A DNA stretch of 64,000 bases from Polyangiales bacterium. GTDB taxonomy: Bacteria > Myxococcota_A > Polyangia > Polyangiales > Houyiibacteriaceae. The stretch's first letter is position 1; every line of letters begins with the position of its first letter. Location of the stretch: assembly GCA_045106895.1 (NCBI GenBank), contig JBGCFM010000069.1, positions 1 to 64,000 of the forward strand, given 5' to 3'. Position numbers and translations under genes: made by a program. Positions 60,423 through 64,000 of the stretch are shown in pieces. The notes under the pieces were generated by a model. It was not told where the DNA came from. It made no database searches and worked only from the letters and a program-made list of their open reading frames with translations.

Positions 60423-60851
60423 CTATGCGCCGACATACTTTTCGAGTTCGAGCACCCATCGGAGTTCCTCGATGAGCGCGGACTCCTCACAAGACATCTC
60501 AAACACGATCTCGTGCCAAACATCGAGTATTCGGTCGTCGTCCGACGGGTCCTTGACCTCGATCACACGTCGCTCCGCTTCCGCGTAGCCGCGCGTCCGA
60601 ACGGGGATTCCAACGGCCTGATGAACACGCTCAAAAAGTGCATCCGGGCTGTCGCCAGGGAAGTCCGAGCGCTGACAGCGTGCGGAGAATCGAATCACCA
60701 AGCCATCGGCCAGCTTGATGCGAACACCCGAGTCCATGATGTGGAGGCGGATCCGTTCGGCGATCTCGATCTCCTCGGCGTGAGCCTGGTAGACCTCTAG
60801 CCCGGCCTCTTCGACCAAGCTGCGAATTTTATGGATATCCAGCGTTGTCAC
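60423..60851 (-). CDS. Hypothetical protein
   Basis: Coding-like frame (AERIRLHIMDSGV, DVWHEI); start uncertain. Confidence 0.65.
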   Translation of the reverse strand: MTTLDIHKIRSLVEEAGLEVYQAHAEEIEIAERIRLHIMDSGVRIKLADGLVIRFSARCQRSDFPGDSPDALFERVHQAVGIPVRTRGYAEAERRVIEVKDPSDDDRILDVWHEIVFEMSCEESALIEELRWVLELEKYVGA

Positions 60852-60962
60852 TTTTTGTTGAACCGGCCCCCCCAGTTCCTGGCCTAGGCTACAATGCTCT
60901 TTGCGCGACAGCAAACGAAGAGGGCCTAAACTGAGCGTAATTTCGACCGTTTGGTTTTTGTC

Positions 60963-61382
60963 ATGAGCGTTCCGCGCAGAAATCCCTCACAAGACGATGC
61001 CTGGTTTGAAGATGCCTGCGACGAGCCTTCGTCCGTGCTCCGGGCGGTGCCTGCCGAAGACGGGGCTGGAGACACCGCCCTTCATCATGGCGCCCGACGG
61101 GAGCACCAGCGTTGGGTGCTCGACGCTGACGTCCATATAGACGGTGGTGTCTCACGCGGTGTCACGCTGAATGCGAGTACCGGAGGACTACGCGTCGCGA
61201 TGAGCCGAGCGCTCACCGCGGGTGCATACGTGGATGTGGCCGTGGTGCGTGGACCCGTCGCGTTACTCTCAAGAGTGTGCGTGGTCTGGACCCGCCCATC
61301 GGGAGGTGCCTGGCTGTCCGGGCTGAAGTTCGCTCAACCCGATCCCCGCTTCAGAAACGCCCACGCTCTCGCGCAGGCGTAA
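60963..61382 (+). CDS. PilZ-domain c-di-GMP receptor
   Basis: RREHQR (RxxxR), NASTGG ([DN]xSxxG), VVW and GLKF. Confidence 0.85.
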   Translation: MSVPRRNPSQDDAWFEDACDEPSSVLRAVPAEDGAGDTALHHGARREHQRWVLDADVHIDGGVSRGVTLNASTGGLRVAMSRALTAGAYVDVAVVRGPVALLSRVCVVWTRPSGGAWLSGLKFAQPDPRFRNAHALAQA

Positions 61383-61397
61383 CTGAAAGCGTTCAGT

Positions 61398-64000
61398 CTA
61401 GAGGCAGTGTTCGCCTAGACCGTCAAAGGTGTTCTGGGGGAAGGTGTCGTATTCGAGGGATGGGTCGAATGCGTCGCTTGGGTCCGTGTCGGCGCCAGCC
61501 ACATCGCACCGACGTCGAAGCGACTGGTCTCGGCTGCTGACTCCGCCGCCCGTCCAAGCTTCGAAACCGTCGGGCTGTGGACCGATCTGCCCGAAGCTAT
61601 CGACGACCATGCCGTCACACTCGATGACGTAGGGATCGTTTCCGTTGTGGTTGATGACGGTGTCTCGGATGTCGCAAACCGCGTCCGGAACGTCCGCCGA
61701 AGGATTGCAGATGACGAGCGTGTCGCCCATGCCGAGGGTGCCGGTCAGCTCCAACGTGCGATTGCTGCCGTCTCCATTTGTGGTGAGACGTAGAACGCAG
61801 TTGTTGGCGGCGAGGTCGATCTCCGCCGAGCCGTTGTAGAGTTCCAGGGCCTTGTTGTTCGACGAACCTTCCACGTATTCGCTAATGATGAGTCCACCGC
61901 TGAAGGGCTCTGTCACCGAAACCATCGCGACGGCGTCGCTACCGCCGAAGGACGCCGTTATTGTTCCATCTTGAACCGTGGCGCCGGCGGTGAACGTGGC
62001 GCTCCCCACGAACTCGCCTTCGGCGATCATGATCGCCGTGGGTCCCATGTCGATGAGGTCTGCAGGGACGATCGCGACGGGCACCATCATTCCGCCGACA
62101 GGAGCCGCCGTCGGCACACTCACGGTGAGCTCGAAGGTGCTTCCCTGGACGGCGCGAACGCTGTTCGGTCCGATTCGAAGCGCTGCGTACACGAGGTCGC
62201 CGGCGCCGCGAGGAACGATGCGCGTGTGCTCGAAGCTGAAGTTCAGAGGTCCCTGAACGTAGACGAGCTCATCGCCGGTTCCTGGCGCCGGGCTCAAGTC
62301 GAAGAGCTGGTCGCCGACGCGAAGTCCGCCGGAGACGATGAAGGTGTCAGCGCGCGTCAGCTCACCATCGATGACGTTGACCATCTCGACGCGAACGAGC
62401 GCGCCTTCAAGGGCCTCGGCGCGTGCGCCCATGGTCTCGATTTCGGCGACCGTGACGAGGAGAGGGTCCACAACGGTGCCGCTCGAAGTCACGCTCACGC
62501 CGGTGCTGGCGATTTGGTCCTGACCGAAGAAGTCGGATACGGCGCCGTCGACAGCCACGTTGTCGCCAAGCGCCACCGTTGGGGCGCCGCCGGTGAAGAC
62601 GAAGATGCCGCTGAAGTCGATGGCGACGTAGTCGTCGCTGTCCACGTCGAGCTGAGCGTAGAAACCGTTGCTTGCGATACCCGTCACGACGAGCTCGGAG
62701 ACACGAACCGTCGCGCCCTCGCCGAAGGTTCCATCACGGACTTCGTAGACCGTCGCGGGACAAGCGGTGCCGCCTGGGTTCGCGCGTGCTGGACACGCGT
62801 CACAGGCATCTCCCTGGCCGTCCATGTCCATGTCTTCCTGGTCCGTGTTGAACTCGGAAGGACAGTTGTCCATGTCGTTGGGGATCGTGTCGTTATCGCG
62901 GTCGTTCGGGTCCACGGCGTTACACGTCGCCGGGTCCTCGTCGCCGCCGAGGGGGCATGCGTCGCAAGCGTCGCCAAAGCCGTCGGCGTCGAAGTCTGCC
63001 TGCATGTTGTTGTCGAGCGGCCGGATAGGATTGAACACTGCGGCGCAGTTGTCGTCGGCGTCGACGATGCCGTCTCCGTCCATGTCGTCTGCCATGCTCA
63101 TGCCGCTGTAGCGGTTGGAGCCGTTGACTTCAGCGGCCGGTGAGTCGCCGACACGTGCAGGAACGCAGCTTGGTTCGTTCTCTGGGGCGTTACACGCGAA
63201 GAGTGGGTAGGCGCCGCCGTTGGCTGCGCTGAGCGCTGCGAAGGAGCTGCCGATGTCTGCCATCAAACAGACCGACTTGGAGGCACCGCAAACATCGACT
63301 CCGTCACATCCGGTGGAGAGAACGTTGACGATGGCTTCGTCTCCGTAGAGAACGTCGCCGCCGCGCATGACGAGAGCGACGTCGCCTTCGTCAGCCATGA
63401 GCACTGCTCGGTAATCGGCGTGTTCGCTGGCATCGTAGATAGCGAGGTCTGCTTGGTAGCCGACGGCGAGGGTGCCGAGCTGGGTTTCAACGCCCATAGC
63501 GAGAGCGCCGTTGGCCGTGGCCATGAGCCAAAGCTGGTCGTCGGGGAAGAAGCCGTCGAGGTAGTTCTGGTTGAAGCTGTCGACACAAGCGAGCTCACGA
63601 CCCATGTGCATCGATCCGCTGTCGAGCCAGTCGGTGCCAAGAGCGATGGTGACGCCCTGTCGTGCGTACTCCGTGACGCGTGCGGTGTCGCCGTAGAGCG
63701 TGATGTTCGTACGTGCGGACCAAATGAGCTTGGTGCCGTCGACGGCCATGACGTTGATGTCGCTCGCCGTAAGACCGGTGCCGTGAATGAACGCGCTTGC
63801 TGGCTGCACGAGGTCGCGGTCGCCGTCCATGCTGACGCAGCGGAACTCGTTGCGCGCGGCTTCGTCGATGCCTTCGGCCACGTGCGGGGCGTAAGCGCCA
63901 GGGCCCATCGCGTCGTCAGCTCCATCGCTGTAGTCGTAGCCGCAACCTGCGGTGATCTTCTCTCCGCCGGAATCGCCGAGGGGGAAGGTCGAGTAGTCCA
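61398..64000 (-). CDS. Large, probably secreted multidomain protein: amidohydrolase, thrombospondin type-3 repeats, OB-fold-like, Ig-like and lamin-tail domains (5' end outside the window)
   Basis: Frame is open to 64000. [24 protein letters not shown] (amidohydrolase); DxDxDGxxDxCDxCP repeats; [19 protein letters not shown] (LTD). Confidence 0.85.
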   Translation of the reverse strand, partial: DYSTFPLGDSGGEKITAGCGYDYSDGADDAMGPGAYAPHVAEGIDEAARNEFRCVSMDGDRDLVQPASAFIHGTGLTASDINVMAVDGTKLIWSARTNITLYGDTARVTEYARQGVTIALGTDWLDSGSMHMGRELACVDSFNQNYLDGFFPDDQLWLMATANGALAMGVETQLGTLAVGYQADLAIYDASEHADYRAVLMADEGDVALVMRGGDVLYGDEAIVNVLSTGCDGVDVCGASKSVCLMADIGSSFAALSAANGGAYPLFACNAPENEPSCVPARVGDSPAAEVNGSNRYSGMSMADDMDGDGIVDADDNCAAVFNPIRPLDNNMQADFDADGFGDACDACPLGGDEDPATCNAVDPNDRDNDTIPNDMDNCPSEFNTDQEDMDMDGQGDACDACPARANPGGTACPATVYEVRDGTFGEGATVRVSELVVTGIASNGFYAQLDVDSDDYVAIDFSGIFVFTGGAPTVALGDNVAVDGAVSDFFGQDQIASTGVSVTSSGTVVDPLLVTVAEIETMGARAEALEGALVRVEMVNVIDGELTRADTFIVSGGLRVGDQLFDLSPAPGTGDELVYVQGPLNFSFEHTRIVPRGAGDLVYAALRIGPNSVRAVQGSTFELTVSVPTAAPVGGMMVPVAIVPADLIDMGPTAIMIAEGEFVGSATFTAGATVQDGTITASFGGSDAVAMVSVTEPFSGGLIISEYVEGSSNNKALELYNGSAEIDLAANNCVLRLTTNGDGSNRTLELTGTLGMGDTLVICNPSADVPDAVCDIRDTVINHNGNDPYVIECDGMVVDSFGQIGPQPDGFEAWTGGGVSSRDQSLRRRCDVAGADTDPSDAFDPSLEYDTFPQNTFDGLGEHCL

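Overview
GC-rich bacterial chromosomal segment. Gene content (Ser/Thr kinase, giant TPR protein, J-domain/TPR protein, PilZ, DAG-rich lipoprotein linkers) suggests Myxococcota, probably Polyangia-like; this is inference. About 55 genes are supported; I found no rRNA, tRNA, CRISPR array or IS element. Layout: (1) 1-5954: edge of a possible biosynthetic or modification locus, with a flavin-dependent halogenase-like gene, a TPR/PhyH-type oxygenase fusion and a membrane rhodanese/PEP-dikinase fusion. (2) 5973-9577: LysR-controlled DoxX plus two Tat-signal DODA/LigB dioxygenases flanking a broken diheme cytochrome c gene. (3) 9716-18953: minus-strand run including an ECF-sigma-like/Ser-Thr kinase fusion, a CPBP protease and a DASS transporter. 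(4) 19190-24462: L,D-transpeptidase-like lipoprotein, membrane PD-(D/E)XK nuclease, M48-TerB and dprA. (5) 24464-37897: a 13.4 kb chemosensory island between dprA and trmFO. It carries a CZB-split CheW, an MshEN-like repeat protein, a porin and cheA-mcp-cheB-cheR-cheD-cheY-cheX, and is bracketed by two outward-facing paralogues with an unknown N-terminal domain and a CheC/CheX-like domain. This is the best candidate for an undescribed system. (6) 37958-54438: trmFO, inverted xerC, hslVU, argB, argF, a J-protein/DnaK/partner module, argG, a CBS/CorC protein and a MerR-TPR protein. (7) 54493-64000: giant TPR protein, pdxH, PilZ and a partial amidohydrolase-TSP3-LTD protein. All calls come from reading motifs by eye; no database searches were run.
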